Shown here in pieces: positions 25,994 through 40,190 of a stretch of 64,000 nt of DNA. Under the pieces are notes generated by a model. The model saw only the letters and a list, made by a program, of their open reading frames with translations, was not told the origin of the DNA and searched no databases. Within the stretch, counting starts at the first letter, position 1. Each line of letters starts with the position of its first letter. Source of the stretch: Octopus sinensis (Eukaryota); contig NC_043005.1 in NCBI RefSeq assembly GCF_006345805.1, forward strand, positions 29,574,001-29,638,000, given 5' to 3'. Both the position numbers and the translations under genes were made by a program.

Positions 25994-26625
25994 AGTCATT
26001 GACACCTCACACACATAGATATACCCACATATATAAACACTCACACACCTAAATATACTCACGTATGTAAACAGGGGAGCTTGTTCCTCTTTCTGTCTAC
26101 ACTCCCACGACTTTGGTTGGCCCAGGGCTATAATATAAGACACTTGCCCAAGGTGCCTCATGTGAGATGACTTAGACAGGAAGCTTGCTTCTTCACCACA
26201 CAGCCATGCTTGTGCATATGTGTGTGTGTGTGGCCTTGTCTTGATATCATGTGATGGTTGTAAATGAGCATCATTGTTATACAAGTGAGGTTGTTTGTTT
26301 CCAGCTTTCTATGAAAAACATTTCTAGCCATGGGAAAATATTGTATTGCTTAGAAACAAGTGAAGGTTGGTGGCAGGAAAGGCACCTGGCCATAGAATAT
26401 CTGCCTCATCAAATTCCATCTGACCTGTGCTAGAGTGGAAAAGTGGACATTAAATAATGATCATGATGATAAATACACAACAGGCTTCTTTCAGTTTTCC
26501 TCTACTAGATTCACTGCCAAGTTTTGGTTAGATCAAGGCTATAGGAGAAGACACTTACTCAGTCTGCTGTGCAGTAAGACCAACCCTGAAGCCATGTGGT
26601 TAAGAAATGAATTTCATTTGTATCT

Positions 26626-26662
<37 letters not shown>

Positions 26663-27750
26663 ACATCATTTAATGTCTGATTTCCATGCTGGCATGAGTT
26701 AGACAATGTAACTGGAGCTGGTAAGCCAGAGAGCTACATCAGGTGCCTGTGGGCTGTTTTGGTTTGGTTTCTATAGCTGAGTGCTCTTCCTAATGCCAAC
26801 CACTTTACAGAATGTATTGGGAGTCTTTTACATGTCACCAGCACTAGCCACAGCCATGATCTCATCTAGCTTGATGTGTCTTCTCAGTCACTTGACATCA
26901 CTTCTGTGAGACTCAACAACCAAGTTCATAATTCGCCACCTCCTCTCATTACTTCTTAGGTCTACCTCTTCCACAGGTTCCTTTCATAGTTAGAGATTGG
27001 CACTTCTTTATACAGTTGCCCTTGTCCACACACATCACATGTCCATACCAGATCAGTCTTCTCTCTTGCACATTACATCTGATGTCACTTATACCTAATT
27101 TTTCTCTCAAGATGCTTACACTCTGTCATTTGTGCATACTAACACTGTACATCTAGCAGATGAGCATACTTGCTTCATTTCTTTCAAGCCTTCACTTGTC
27201 CTCTGCAACTACATCCCATGTTTCACTGCTATGTAGCATGGTTGTTTGTACACAGGCATCATACAATTTGCCTTTCACTCTGAGAGAGAGGCCCTTTGTT
27301 ACCAGCAAAGGCAGAAGCTTTCTGAACTTTACTCAGCCAGTTCTTATTTTAGCAGCTACATTCTTAGAGCATCCTCTTCCACTCTTTTGGTCTCCTTGGT
27401 AATGGAAGCCATCAACTACTTCTCAGAATCTCTCCAGTCATTTGAAGAGGTCTCCTATTTTCTATACATTCCTAGTGTTTCTTGTACCTTCACATCTACC
27501 ACACACAAAGACCACTTTTTACGTTAACCTCCCCATAGCTTGCACCTGATATCTATAGATTTTAACCAATACTGTACGTAACAGATAAATACTTTGTCTT
27601 TATATGTACAATATTTTCCTGGATAGACAAAGATGGCTCATCAACACTAGTCTCAATTCTGTGTTGAGGTATTTCATCTGCCACTGAATACTCTTTAACA
27701 CTGTCCACATAAGCATTTCTCGTAAATCAACAGCAGCTAAGGACTTCAGT
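26626..27750 (-). mobile_element. Old degenerate RTE LINE 3' part
   Basis: (CAT)n tail at left; rc carries LRVKGKLYDACVQTTMLHSSETW and RLIWYGHVM-type motifs with frameshifts. Confidence 0.8.
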
Positions 27751-28198
27751 AAATCACTTCAACCAATTTGCATATTATAATACATTCTGGGCTGCTTGTT
27801 CAATGAATAAATTACTGAGCATTAATAGTATTTTGCTTCAAGCCAATTCAATTTAGTTTTCAGTTTATATTATTTTATTATCTTACTTTTCTTATTTCTT
27901 TTTTAGTTGTTACTCTTGTATTTTATATCAACTACTGTAAATATATGAAGCAATTATTGTTAGTTTATTATATTTTATTAAATATTTAGGTCTATCAATA
28001 TTGTTTCACACGTATGTTTATTAATACTATTTCACATGTTTATAACCTACAATGCTATACTTTGAACGTTAAGTTAAAAATTATCCAGAAGTAAATGAAA
28101 TAATCTACTTATAACACAAGTTAATATAATGTTGTTACAAGTAAACTAAGCATTTTAAAATTCACTTGATTATGTTTTCTACTACAGAATTTATTGTA

Positions 28199-28352
28199 GG
28201 TTGTGTGGTTAAGGTGTTTGTTTTCCAACCACACGACTTCAGGTTCAGCACCACCTTGTGGCACCTTGGGCAAGTGTCATGTACTATGGCTCTCAAACTT
28301 ACCAAAGCTGTGTGAGTGAATTTGGCACACAGAAACTGAAAGTAGCCCATTG
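28199..28352 (+). mobile_element. CORE-type SINE 5' half
   Basis: GGTTGTGTGGTTAAG...GGTTCAG...CACCTTGGGCAAGTGTC. Confidence 0.8.
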
Positions 28353-28489
28353 TATGTGTGTGTATGTGTGTATGTGTATATGTGTGTGTGTGTGTGTGTA
28401 TGTGTGTGTGTATGCGTGTGTGTATGCGTGTGTGTGTATGTGTGTATATGTATGTATATTGACATATATATATAGTTTAAATTTACAGT

Positions 28490-28665
28490 AAAACAAAAGA
28501 TGAAGAGGGGTGTATGAACAACAAGAAGGTGTATTAGTTTGACGGTTGGAAAAGTGAGAAAGTCTTTAATGTTTCGAGCCTATGCTCTTTAACAGAAAGA
28601 AATATGAGGAAATAAACAGAGAGAGAATAAAAAAACTTGTGTTGTAGCAATCATTCATGGTGACT

Positions 28666-28668
<3 letters not shown>
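28490..28668 (-). mobile_element. Repeat family B second copy
   Basis: rc TCTTT-CTGTTAA-AGAGCATAGGCTC-GAAACAT-T-AAAGA at 28563-28600. Confidence 0.6.
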
Positions 28669-28706
<38 letters not shown>

Positions 28707-28850
28707 TAGGTAGGTAGATAGATCGATAGATATCTGTCTGTGTGTGTGTGTTTGGTGGTGGAAACAGGTTAAATAGAACTCAAAACATATATATTTTATA
28801 ATTTAATCAGCCTTTCAATCACTTTGAAACTTCTGTCAGTAATAATAATA

Positions 28851-28913
<63 letters not shown>

Positions 28914-29059
28914 TAATAATGATAATAATAATAATAATCGCTTGAATACTCCAGAAGGTGCTTGAAAAATAAGAGGTGTTACCTTAGTTCACTGGTAGTG
29001 AACATCTGACACTATAGTTCACCTCCGCTGTTAGAAGCTGTGCAAAGGCAATAATAACA

Positions 29060-29385
29060 ATAACAATAAATAATCTCAAAATACAAAGATCTGGAAATAG
29101 GGGTAACTTGAATGTAGAGCCTAAAAGCAGAAATAATTCCTATTATAGTAGATGCATTAGGTATGATAAAAAACATCCAGACAAATACATAACAGGACAT
29201 AAAAGTATATATAACATATGGAAAATAGCACTGCACACATCCTACATAAAATACTTTTAATACAGTGAAAATAAGAACACCACAACAGAGCACAGCACAT
29301 ACCCAAGGCACACAGAGCTTAGCTCAGTAGTGCAGTGAAAGCACGTGATAAAAATATGTCTACTGAATAATAATAATAATAACAA
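29060..29385 (+). pseudogene. R4/Dong-like non-LTR retrotransposon 3' end near (TAA)n tracts
   Basis: SKYKDLEI...KAEIIPIIVDALGMIKK...IYNIWKIAL, then 3'UTR and (AAT)n. Confidence 0.75.
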
Positions 29386-30235
29386 TGAGAATAAGTCATA
29401 AAAAAGTATGTGTGGGCATTTGTACATCAATATCTACTAGTGCTTATATGTGTTTTTTCTATCTGATCTTTGTTATGGATCTTCTATAAGAATGAAGCTG
29501 TATACCTTAATTTGTTATTTTTATATATGAAGACCAAGAAGAAATCTTGTGAAACAGAGTTTATGTTAACCTCTTGAAATTACCTGAGGAGACACATCTA
29601 TATGGAGAGATACACCTAAACCCGATGTTCAGTATCCCACCCATGGGGGATCAATGCTAGATGGGTCGAGATGATTGTAGTGAACAATAAAGATTCTTGT
29701 ATCTCCCATCATCTGTCTCTCTCATTAATCACATACCCAACGAACACTAAGCCAATGAATGTGTTTTACCAATAAACTACCAGGTCTATAGCATACAATT
29801 TATTAACTCTATATGTATTTACATATTCCAAAAAAATCCGAAGATTTAAAAATTATATTATGTATAAATATAATTTTATATATGTATATAAACTTACTTG
29901 GAAATGGATGCATGGCATTCAATTAAATAATAAATACTAAATAATATATAGCATATATATAAATATATATACATAATATATATAGCATATATATAAATAT
30001 ATATACATAATGGGTACAGGACATCATCAACGGTTCAAACAATATGAAATATGTAAACGAGAAAAAAAATGGAGAACAAAACAAGTAAACTCAGAGAAAG
30101 AACCCTTCATCGGTTATTGGTTGTCTATCTACTCCTCATTTCATATTTACCTTGCATTTACTTCACAATGTTTTGCCCTTACTCATGATCCTTTATACAA
30201 TATAGGTCTACACAATGCTTCATAGTAATTATTCC

Positions 30236-30270
<35 letters not shown>

Positions 30271-30913
30271 GTATGTATGTATGTATGTATGCATGCATCT
30301 ATGTATATGTACACACATATATTTGTATACACACACACATCTATGTATATATTTATATATATATGTATGTATCTATACATATATATATATACATATATAT
30401 ATATGTATATATACTCACACACATATCTGCATATAATTTACATCCATGAGTAATCTTCCCACATTCTTAACAATGGTCTTTATCCTTATATAGTATGCCT
30501 GCATGCATCAGTTCGTGTGATTAGGCAATATTCTTTCCTGCTTTTCCATTCATAAAATTTTCCATGTTTTTAATTCTTCCTTCTTCTTAATGGTTTTATA
30601 GTTTTTCACCTTCATCAATATCAATGGTTGTAAATCCATCGATAGTAACTTCAAACTCATTATGACTGTTAGCATTGTTTTGTTTTGACTTTGATTTTGA
30701 TATCATTTTAATCAACTTCATCCGTTTTATTCAGCCTCATTCTTCACATTTCATATTTCTCTCATTCTAACATGATATTCTAAAGAGTATTAATGACACT
30801 GCATAATTATCCCCAAAATACTCTTTCTACAGTAAATCAGATGTTGACCTTCAAATACTTTCAATTCAGACAGTGGGGCTATGCTGCTTTTCACCAACAC
30901 ATTTTTGTCATTT

Positions 30914-30951
<38 letters not shown>

Positions 30952-31249
30952 TTTATGTATGTATATAATTGTTAAAGAGGACAACAAACGTTAAGGCAAG
31001 GCAAACATCTCAATTCATATACATTATTATTATTGGAAAAAATTCGAAGCCTTACACCTGTTTCTGGGATATCCCAGAGTATGGGATATTCTGTCATCAG
31101 AGATGAATAGGGAAAATGAGAAGGGTATAGATTAATGAAATGACCACACACACACACACACACATGCATAATACATATATATATATATGCATACATACAT
31201 ATCTGTTTATATGTGTGTTAGTGTGCATGTGTGTGTGTGTATATACACG

Positions 31250-31282
<33 letters not shown>

Positions 31283-31799
31283 TGGCCTGCTCATTTAGCT
31301 AGCGGGGTAGCGTCATTTGAAGGCTAAAACAATGCGAAGCGCATTGTGACCAGCGATGTGTAGCAACATCTGATAGCCTGGTCAGTCACAGTGATCACGG
31401 TGATATATATGTATTATATATATATATATATATATATGTGTACATATATATATATATATATATACATACACACACATACACATTTTTGTGTCTATGTATA
31501 TATATTATATACATTAATACATGTATATACTGGCACAAATATAAATACATATATGTATGTATATTCTATATAACCCAATATTCTATGCACTCTCATTCAT
31601 CTAAGGTGGTGACTCAACAGGATCCTTAACACACCAGGCACAAATGCTAAGCGACATCTCATCTTTTTCTAGATTCTGGGTTCAAATTCTGCCGAGACTG
31701 ATTTTTGCCTTTCATCCTTTTGGGCTTGAAGAAACAAGTACCAGTTGAACACTAGAGTCAGTGTAATCATTCTGTCCCCACATCTTTGAAAAGAGCCTT

Positions 31800-32266
31800 A
31801 GACTCAATACAGATGGGTACATTAAGCTGCTGGAAACTGTGGTCAATCCCTGGCTGGAAGGAGTATGAAGTGGTTGATGGGGAATTTCTACAACTTCACC
31901 ATCCCTGGTTCCTGGCAACCTAATCCACCCCCACCCTACCCCTACCCCCACCCGATTGTAATCCCATAGATTACTATGTGTGGGGTGTAGTTGAGAAAGA
32001 CATCAACCACTCTATCTGCAACACCAAGGCTAAGCTGGTGGCCAAGATCAAGGAGGTGTTCAATAACCTTCCCAGGGACACAGTAAGGACCATATGTGCC
32101 AGATCCCAGAGTCATTTTGACGTTGCAGCAGATGCTGCGAGTGACTACATTGCATAAGCTGTTGTCGCCCAGCCATAATCTAGCCTATATTTTATGATTA
32201 TTTTAAAAACCTTTTTATTTTTGGTTGGGTTAGTGTGTTTTCTTTCCCTTTGGCCTGAACACCCTG
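31800..32266 (+). pseudogene. Tc1/mariner (maT/DD37D-like) transposase C-terminal remnant with right TIR
   Basis: PDCNPIDYYVWGVVEKDIN...KLVAKIKEVFNNLPRDTVRTICAR; end GAACACCCTG|TA. Confidence 0.8.
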
Positions 32267-32754
32267 TACAACAGAGGGAATTCTATGTAAATCATAAAGA
32301 CATTTGAGCATATGTGGCAGTGATACATAAACAAGGAATATAAAGGCCTGTGTGTGTTGTATGTAAAATGTGTTGTGATGGTGTATGATTGTGAAATAAG
32401 GACAGAATAAGGGCAGATCTTCAGACTTTTTATCAGAGGAATTTGTTAACAAGTTATGTCAAGGAAAGGCTGAATCCAAAAATGTTGAAGAAGTGACCAT
32501 TACAGATAATGTTAATGTAGATACTGCCATGTTGAATTGACACAAGTCAGTTTGCCATAGAAACTAAGGGTAGGAACAACATTGTACCACAAGGATATCA
32601 TTAAAAATTATCAAACATATGTTGTCAGACGTTACCAGATTTCTCCATCAGTGAAGCAATCTGATGACACCTTTCTTGGCAGTAATTCCTTACATAGGCA
32701 GGTAATTGGACCCATTGTAATTAGCCTTCTTTAATCTGCATAATTTCTCTGATA

Positions 32755-32802
<48 letters not shown>

Positions 32803-33446
32803 TGTGTGTGTCTCTCTCTCTCTCTCTCTCTCTTTCTTTTTCTCTCTCTAATCACAGACACCATCAAATGTTTTTCACATTCCACTTTTGTTTGTTGGTG
32901 TTTAGGTCCCTCCCTCTAATTCTCTCCCTGTCCTAATCTTTCGAGGTCAGTCAAATAATGAAAGATTTATTGCAATCTGTCATCAATGTAACATTAGATT
33001 TTTCTTCAAGATTGTTGCTGCTATATCTAGAGCTGTACAATCTCCATGGGAACCGTTCTGAGACATCAATTCTTCCCTATCTTCTATCTCATTTCTCACC
33101 ATTTCAAGTGTTTTACGGAACAATACAAAAATATGATCATCAAATTTTGTTGGTTTTTTTTTTTGGTTGTTGTTTTTTTTCCTTCATTTCTATAGAAAAA
33201 AATTATATTATTTCATTTATTTCCATTCAATAAATACCTGGATTTTTTTTCTCTCATTTCTGATATGATATATAATATTGCAGCAGTGTTAGGATGCCAT
33301 ATTAATGTACCATTAGAAGCAAGTCATTGATGTGCTGTGGGTGGTAGAAAACCAATGTGGTGAGATGTGGATAGTGAGATTGTGGTTTAATGAACAGCAT
33401 AGCACAGTGGTGGTGGACTGAACATGTGGTGGTAAAAAAGGTTTTA

Positions 33447-33945
33447 GCAGGAGTGGCTGTGTGGTAAGTAGCTTGCTTACCAACCACCACGTGGCACCTT
33501 GGGCATGTGTCTTCTACTATAGCCTCAGGCTGACCAAAGCCTTGTGAGTGGATTTGGTAGACGGAAACTGGAAGAAGCCTGTCGTATATATATATATATA
33601 TAACATTATCTCTCTCTCTATATATATATACAACAGGCTTCTTCCAGTTTCCGTCTACCAAATCCACTCACAAGGCTTTGGTCAGCCTGAGGCTAGAGTA
33701 GAAGACACATGCCCAAGGTGCCACGTATTGGTTGGTAAGCAAGCTACTTACCACACAGCCACTCCTGCTTGACAACCGATGGTGGTGTGTTTATGTCCCT
33801 ATAACTTAGCAGTTTGGCAAAAGAGACCGATAGAATAAGTATTAGGCTTACAAAGAATAAGCTCTGGGGTTGATTTGCTTGACTAAAGGCGGTGCTCCAG
33901 CATGGCTGCAGCCAAATGACTGAAACAAGTAAAAGAGTAAAAGAA
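33447..33945 (+). mobile_element. CORE-type SINE containing an inverted duplication of its own 5' half
   Basis: Arms 33447-33600 and 33620-33768 share private changes; the normal 3' half resumes at 33769. Confidence 0.88.
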
Positions 33946-34214
33946 TAAACATAAAAGGATAAACATTATCATTTATTCATTATATGAATTTCATATATTT
34001 AAATGTTACATATTGTTTATAAAAATTACAGAAAAAATGTGCCAAAGTGTATAAGATATACCAGCTATACACCTTGGATAATTGTAGAGCATAATTATGG
34101 ATCTTAGATATATTAAGTGTAGTTTCCTAACATAAGTAATATAGCATGAGTATGTAAACCTAACAGAGAAATATATTCTTAGTATATGCTGTATATGCAA
34201 TTATCACATTACTT

Positions 34215-34600
34215 TTGACATGTGGGTAGCAACCACTGATATGCAGTTGACAGTCATTGGCATGTAGCTAGCAATTATTCATGTGTAGCTAATGACCCTT
34301 GACATGTGGCTGGTTGTTGTTAGCATGTAGCTAATGAGTAACATGTAGTTAATAACCACTGATATGGAGTTAGTAAACATTGATGCGTATCAACCAGTAA
34401 TTTGCTGTTTGTAGCCACTGAAATGTAACTAATGGATGCTGCCATGTAGCTTGTTAACAATGAGCTGTAGATAGTGGCTGCTAGCATGTAGTTAACAGCC
34501 TGTGACAGGGAGTTAACAAACAATTAGCTAGCAATTATTGATGTGGCATAGTTAACAGTCATGGACATACAGTTGGCAATCATCCTGTTGTCTAACAATG
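34215..34600. repeat. Degenerate minisatellite of about 21-24 bp (ATGTAGTTAACAACCACTGAT-like)
   Basis: Recurrent ATGTAGCT/ATGTAGTTAA units. Confidence 0.55.
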
Positions 34601-35849
34601 ATTATCTAATTGCCAATATCATATCAGGTATTAATTTATGTCAGTCATATGTGTGTCATAGGTGTGTTATTCAGGTAAATGATACAGTTATAGGATATAG
34701 GTGTGTGACACTGTAATAAAAATCAAACATTTGCTTCCTTTTTGTTAGTTTTCTGTTGTGAAATATTTAGAATTCCTGAAATAAATTTGACTTATTTTCA
34801 ATGTTTAAACAAAGGCATCCATAGAGGCAGACACTCTCAACTATGACCACCACTATAATTTTTCTTGCTTATCAGCAAAATATGTTGGGTAGTGGTGTAT
34901 GTGGTCATTTAGTGTGATGTATGATTTGCATGAAGCAAAGTTCCCCATGGTCACCTGTATTTAACTGTGATGACCATCTTAGGTGGTACCCATTCATGTA
35001 GACTGGATTATCTCAACTTATGACCATCACAACAATTTTTCTCACATACCAGCAATATGATGGGAAGTTGTCTTTGTGATCTTTTAGTGTAAGATATGAT
35101 TTGCATAGTGCAGCGTCTTCTACATGGTCTTCTGTATTTAAAGGTGAAGTTTGTGTTTTCACTTTTCCTTTATTATGCTGGAGTTACATAAAATGTATTT
35201 AACCTCTCTCTGTATGTAACTTTATAAAAATCACAGCACAACCATATGTTACATTGATCGCACTGGATCATTGCATCCCACAAGATTTTGCAATTTTCAT
35301 TCTCAGTGACTCCTTCTGAGGTTTGCTCATACCACATCTTTGCTCTTTGTTAGCCATGATTTCCACAGATCTCCCAATGGATCATTCCTGCCACAGCTTT
35401 CTATGAGTTTTCCCAATAAGGCCCCACCACCCAATTATCTAAGGGCTGAAACATATAAAAGAATAAAAGAATAGGAATGGTTTTCTTTTGACTTTTACGA
35501 TTAGACCTGAAAGTTAGGTGTGAGGCTGGTGAAAGCTGCTGTCTTCATGCCCCTCACAAAAGTTTTACCAACAGTAGCGTATTGGAATATGTATGCTTGG
35601 TAAATGAAGCCAAACCACAAGCTAGAACTAAGTGTTCATTATTTGGAGGTCAAGTAAATAAACCTTATCTAAGACCTGCCTTGGAACTGATGCTTATCTA
35701 CTGTTGCTGTAGCAGATGAAAGACAAATTTACTCCTGGATGTGATATTAGTCTATTACAACGAACTTTTCTCATGGAAGGAATTAAATGTTGTGCTGCAG
35801 CTATCAGTTCTACAATGGTGCTACTGCTTACAACAATAGCAGACTCAAG

Positions 35850-36105
35850 CAGGGGCATAGCTAGAGTAAATGGCGCCCAGGCCAAGCATCAAAATTGCGC
35901 TGCCACCCCAACCAAAGGGTGGAAACTTGCATAGTAAAAATATTTAGTGGCATGGATGGTGATAAACAAAACAAAATATGCTGGAAACAGGTTTAAAATT
36001 TTTTTTAATGGCTTAATTAAAAAATGATCTTGGCCAAACTTTCCCTCCATTCAAAGTTGTGTCTAGGGCATGTGCCCTGCTTTCCCCACCCTAGCTACAC
36101 CCCTG
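35850..36105. mobile_element. hAT-like MITE with 8-bp TSD
   Basis: GACTCAAG|CAGGGGCATAGCTAG ... CTAGCTACACCCCTG|GACCCAAG. Confidence 0.8.
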
Positions 36106-37509
36106 GACCCAAGTATAAAGTTTGAGTTTTTTGTGTAGTTGGTAAGAGGCAAGATGTTTTAGCTAAATATACACAGAATACCAAACACAAGAATTTGATC
36201 CCTTGTCTCTAAATTTCACAGAAATGGCAGGACTGTGTGCTTTGACAGTTTGCTTATCAACAATGTGATTTTGAGTTCAATCTAACTGCTTGCTACCTTG
36301 AGTAAGTGGCTCCTGCTATATATATACCCTTGGGCCAATCAATGCCTTCTGTGTAGATTTGCTAAATGGAAACTGAAAGAAGCTCGTGTGTGTGTAATGT
36401 GTGTATGCATGTGTGTGTAATGTATGTCTGTATGTGAGTCTTTGTGTGGATGAGTTCATTGTTCAAATGCTGATTTATAAAACAATAGCTTCACTAACAA
36501 TATTCTTTGCTTGCAATTCATCGCAAAAGCATGTCTGGGCTTCTCGACATGTCTCAACATGTCACACAGGGTTTGTAAACAAAAGGCTCCCCCAAACAGT
36601 GTTTGTTGTTCCTAGTTCTCTGCATAAAGTTGCCTCGGCTGTTTGTTGTTCAGTAGACTTGGGCATTATCTCCTCTCTAGGAAACAAGTGGTGCTGGGTG
36701 GGTAGGTGGGTTGACAACAGGGTAGGCATCTGGCTGCAGTAAACTCGACTCAAACTCTACTTTTATCTGACCCATGCATACCTAGAAAAGTAGACATTAA
36801 AACGAAGATGATGATGAAGATGGTGACAAAGATGGCTGCCATGGTGATGATGATGATGGGGATGATGTCACTCTACCCATGTGTTTCTCTTTTGTCTGCA
36901 TGCTCATTACTGGCAGCCATGTTTGTCTTCATTAATGTTATTATCAGTTACTAATTACCTGTGTTATAATTGTAGTTACCACTAGCAACCATTGCCCTAT
37001 ACCAATATTTCCAGTCTGTTCTTGCTGTCATCTACACCTGTGCACCTATCACATGTTAAGTTCTGCTTCCTAATTAACCTGCTTGAGATTCTACTGAATA
37101 CATTTTGTGCAACCATTGATTGAAATGAGCTGAAGGATATTCAGTTCCTATCAGCCATCTGCCTCTTTACTGAGCAACACTGCTTTCTGGATGATTCTAA
37201 AGTTTTCATTCAAGGACATGATTCTATGTTACAAATTTTTCTGTAACTCTTTGGCAGGTTCTGTAATGAGACCCAGGTTCTGAACATGTAAAAGTTCATG
37301 GGTGACAGCTAATTCTGAATTCTTGAGTAACTGACTACTCAAAGACTTGAGATAATAAATAATATAGAATTTACAGCAGAGCTCTGGTGTACTCATGGTT
37401 GTAATCCAACAGTGAATTCACTGGCATTCATAATCTTTCACATGATCTAAAACCATGCTTATTTACCAGTCATCCATTCCCAGCTTCTTTCATACAAAAC
37501 GATACGAGA

Positions 37510-37550
<41 letters not shown>

Positions 37551-37561
37551 TAATAATAATG

Positions 37562-37598
<37 letters not shown>

Positions 37599-37621
37599 TA
37601 AAAATAATAATAATGATAATA

Positions 37622-37654
<33 letters not shown>

Positions 37655-37687
37655 TAATAATAATAAAAATAAAAATAAAAATAATAA

Positions 37688-37739
<52 letters not shown>

Positions 37740-37742
37740 TAA
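37510..37742. repeat. Long (AAT)n microsatellite
   Basis: Direct reading. Confidence 0.95.
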
Positions 37743-38061
37743 TAAAATCCGAAACCAAACAATTCTCCCATAATTCTCTGCTAGAAACCATATTGTATTG
37801 GCCTCTTTTGTTGTGTTTTTATGAAGCTGCATTAATATACTGCTTCAACACTTTGTCATTTTTTTTTTTTTGGTAGAACATTCCAGCACAAACAGAAATC
37901 TGTTATATTCTCAGTTAACAACCATATCCTGCTTATTGACTGTGTTGCAGGAACATGATGTAATAATAATAACAACAACAACAACAACAACAATAATAAA
38001 AGTAATAATCTTGTGTCTTGGCTGTCATTAAAGAAATATTTTACCAAGATATAATCATATC

Positions 38062-38234
38062 AGGCGCAGGAGTGGCTGTGTGGTAAGTAGCTTGCTAACC
38101 AACCACATGGTTCCGGGTTCAGTCCCACTGCGTGGCATCTTGGGCAAGTGTCTTCTACTATAGCCTCGGGCCGACCAAAGCCTTGTGAGTGGATTTGGTA
38201 GACGGAAACTGAAAAGAAGCCCATCGTATATATG

Positions 38235-38265
<31 letters not shown>

Positions 38266-38479
38266 TTGTGTGTCTGTGTTTGTGCCCCCAACATCGCTTG
38301 ACAACCGATGTTGGTGTGTTTATGTCCCCGTTACTTAGCAGTTCGGCAAAAGAGACCGATAGAATAAGTACTGGGCTTACAAAAAGAATAAGTCCCGGGG
38401 TCGAGTTGCTCGATTAAAGGCGGTGCTCCAGCATGGCCGCAGTCAAATGACTGAAACAAGTAAAAGAGTAAAAGAGTAT
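38062..38479 (+). mobile_element. Young full-length CORE-type SINE (head-CORE, (TA)n(GT)n linker, 3' module)
   Basis: Best-preserved copy, CpGs intact, tail (AAAAGAGT)n. Confidence 0.92.
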
Positions 38480-38836
38480 ATTATAATTATTACTAACATT
38501 GTGTTGTTGCTGTTATGGTTATTATTATTCCATCCTTTTAATGTCTTCTCATCTGTCACCATACTGGCAGTAAAAGAAATCTTCACAATCATCATCATCA
38601 TCATCACCATTGTCATTGCTGTTGGTTGTGACAGGGGCAATGTGGCAAAGTGGCAAAGTTGTTAGAGCATTGAACAAAATAAAATGCTTTGTGGTATTTG
38701 CTTTGAGTTCAAATCCAGCCAATCTTAACTTTGTTTTTCCTTCTTTGGGGATCAATAAAATGAAGTACCAGTCATACACTGAGGTAGATATAATCTAATG
38801 ACTTTCTCTCCACACTTTCTGACTTTATTAGAAACA

Positions 38837-38883
<47 letters not shown>

Positions 38884-39289
38884 TATTATTATTGTTGTTG
38901 TTGTTGTTGTTGAGTGAGAGAACATCCTGCTCAAAAGTAGCCCATTCCACTCAAAAGGTCCCTGAATAAGGGTTGTTTAAGGATGATTAACAAAACACTC
39001 ATGTTTCCAGAGGTGAATTATTCAAATCCCAAAGAATTCCTTTCAACACACGGCTATGATGCTCCCCCACTACTTCTGCTCATGATCAGAGATGCACATA
39101 TTGTCAGCCACTAAGGGATATGCTCAACTGCTTAAGGTCAAGCAAATTGACAAGCAAATCTGTGGTATTGAGCAGAATATTTACTGTAGCATATCTTTTA
39201 TGCCAAGACAAAACAATGTACATGATAACACTTCCAATCAGTTAAGATCAGAAGCCATGAAACCCACTGCCTGTTATTGCATCAGGGCA

Positions 39290-39329
<40 letters not shown>

Positions 39330-39334
39330 CATCA

Positions 39335-39620
39335 CTGTTTAGCTCAGGTTCGGTTTTATTCCTGGTAGGATTTATGTGGGTAACGGGTTACTACCTGTAA
39401 CCTTAGGTATCCACACATTTTCAACAGTCTTTCAAGTGCTTTAGAACCCCCTCCTGATAATCCTTGCTGTCCCTAAGAGACAAACTTTCTATAGGAGCTT
39501 TACCAGGCATTCTATTCCAATCTCTTTCAGCCATTTTGTCTATATCTTTGCTTACTCTTCCCAATGCACCAATTATTATACGCATGACCTTTACTCTTCT
39601 CATACTCCAAATTCTTCCTA
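39335..39620 (-). pseudogene. R4/Dong-like RLE C-terminal remnant between (TAA)n tracts
   Basis: RRVKVMRIIIGALGRVSK...LLGTAR-like region with frameshift. Confidence 0.7.
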
Positions 39621-39677
39621 TTTCAAATTTTAAGGGATTGCATGCTTTTTGTTTTTCATCCTCTTTCTTTACAATCC

Positions 39678-39730
<53 letters not shown>

Positions 39731-39880
39731 TATATTATTATTATTATCAAATTCCATTGGGGTTGGCTGTGCCTTTCATCCTTTCAGGGTCAATAAAATA
39801 AGTACTAAATGAGCATTGAGTGGGTGGGGAATGTAATTGACTTTACCCCATCCTCAAAATTGCTGGCCTTGTACCAAAAT

Positions 39881-39950
<70 letters not shown>

Positions 39951-39952
<2 letters not shown>

Positions 39953-40190
39953 GTAGTCTGAATTTTATCATGTGCTTTTACTTCAATACTGAGTGCGGCT
40001 TTGTGTGCCTTGCGGTGTGTGCAATGATTTGATGTGATGCTTTTATTTTCACTGTATTGAAAGTGTTTTACATAGGACGTGTGCAGTGCCTAGTAGTGCT
40101 ATTTTCTGTATGTTATATATATTTGTTAATCTTGGTGTTTTGTTTGTGTATTTGTCTGAATGTTTTTTTTTTTTGTCATACCTAAGATGC
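39951..40190 (-). mobile_element. 3' end of the same R4/Dong-like family as 29060-29385
   Basis: rc CACAAAGCCGCACTCAGTATTGAAGTAAAAGCACATGATAAAA resembles 29300-29355. Confidence 0.6.

Noticed and set aside
32984-33189. Minus-strand frame KFDDHIFVLFRKTLEM...TALDIAATIL with a good acceptor
   Set aside because: The acceptor places a stop in that frame unless an A-run is miscalled; ankyrin-like resemblance too short
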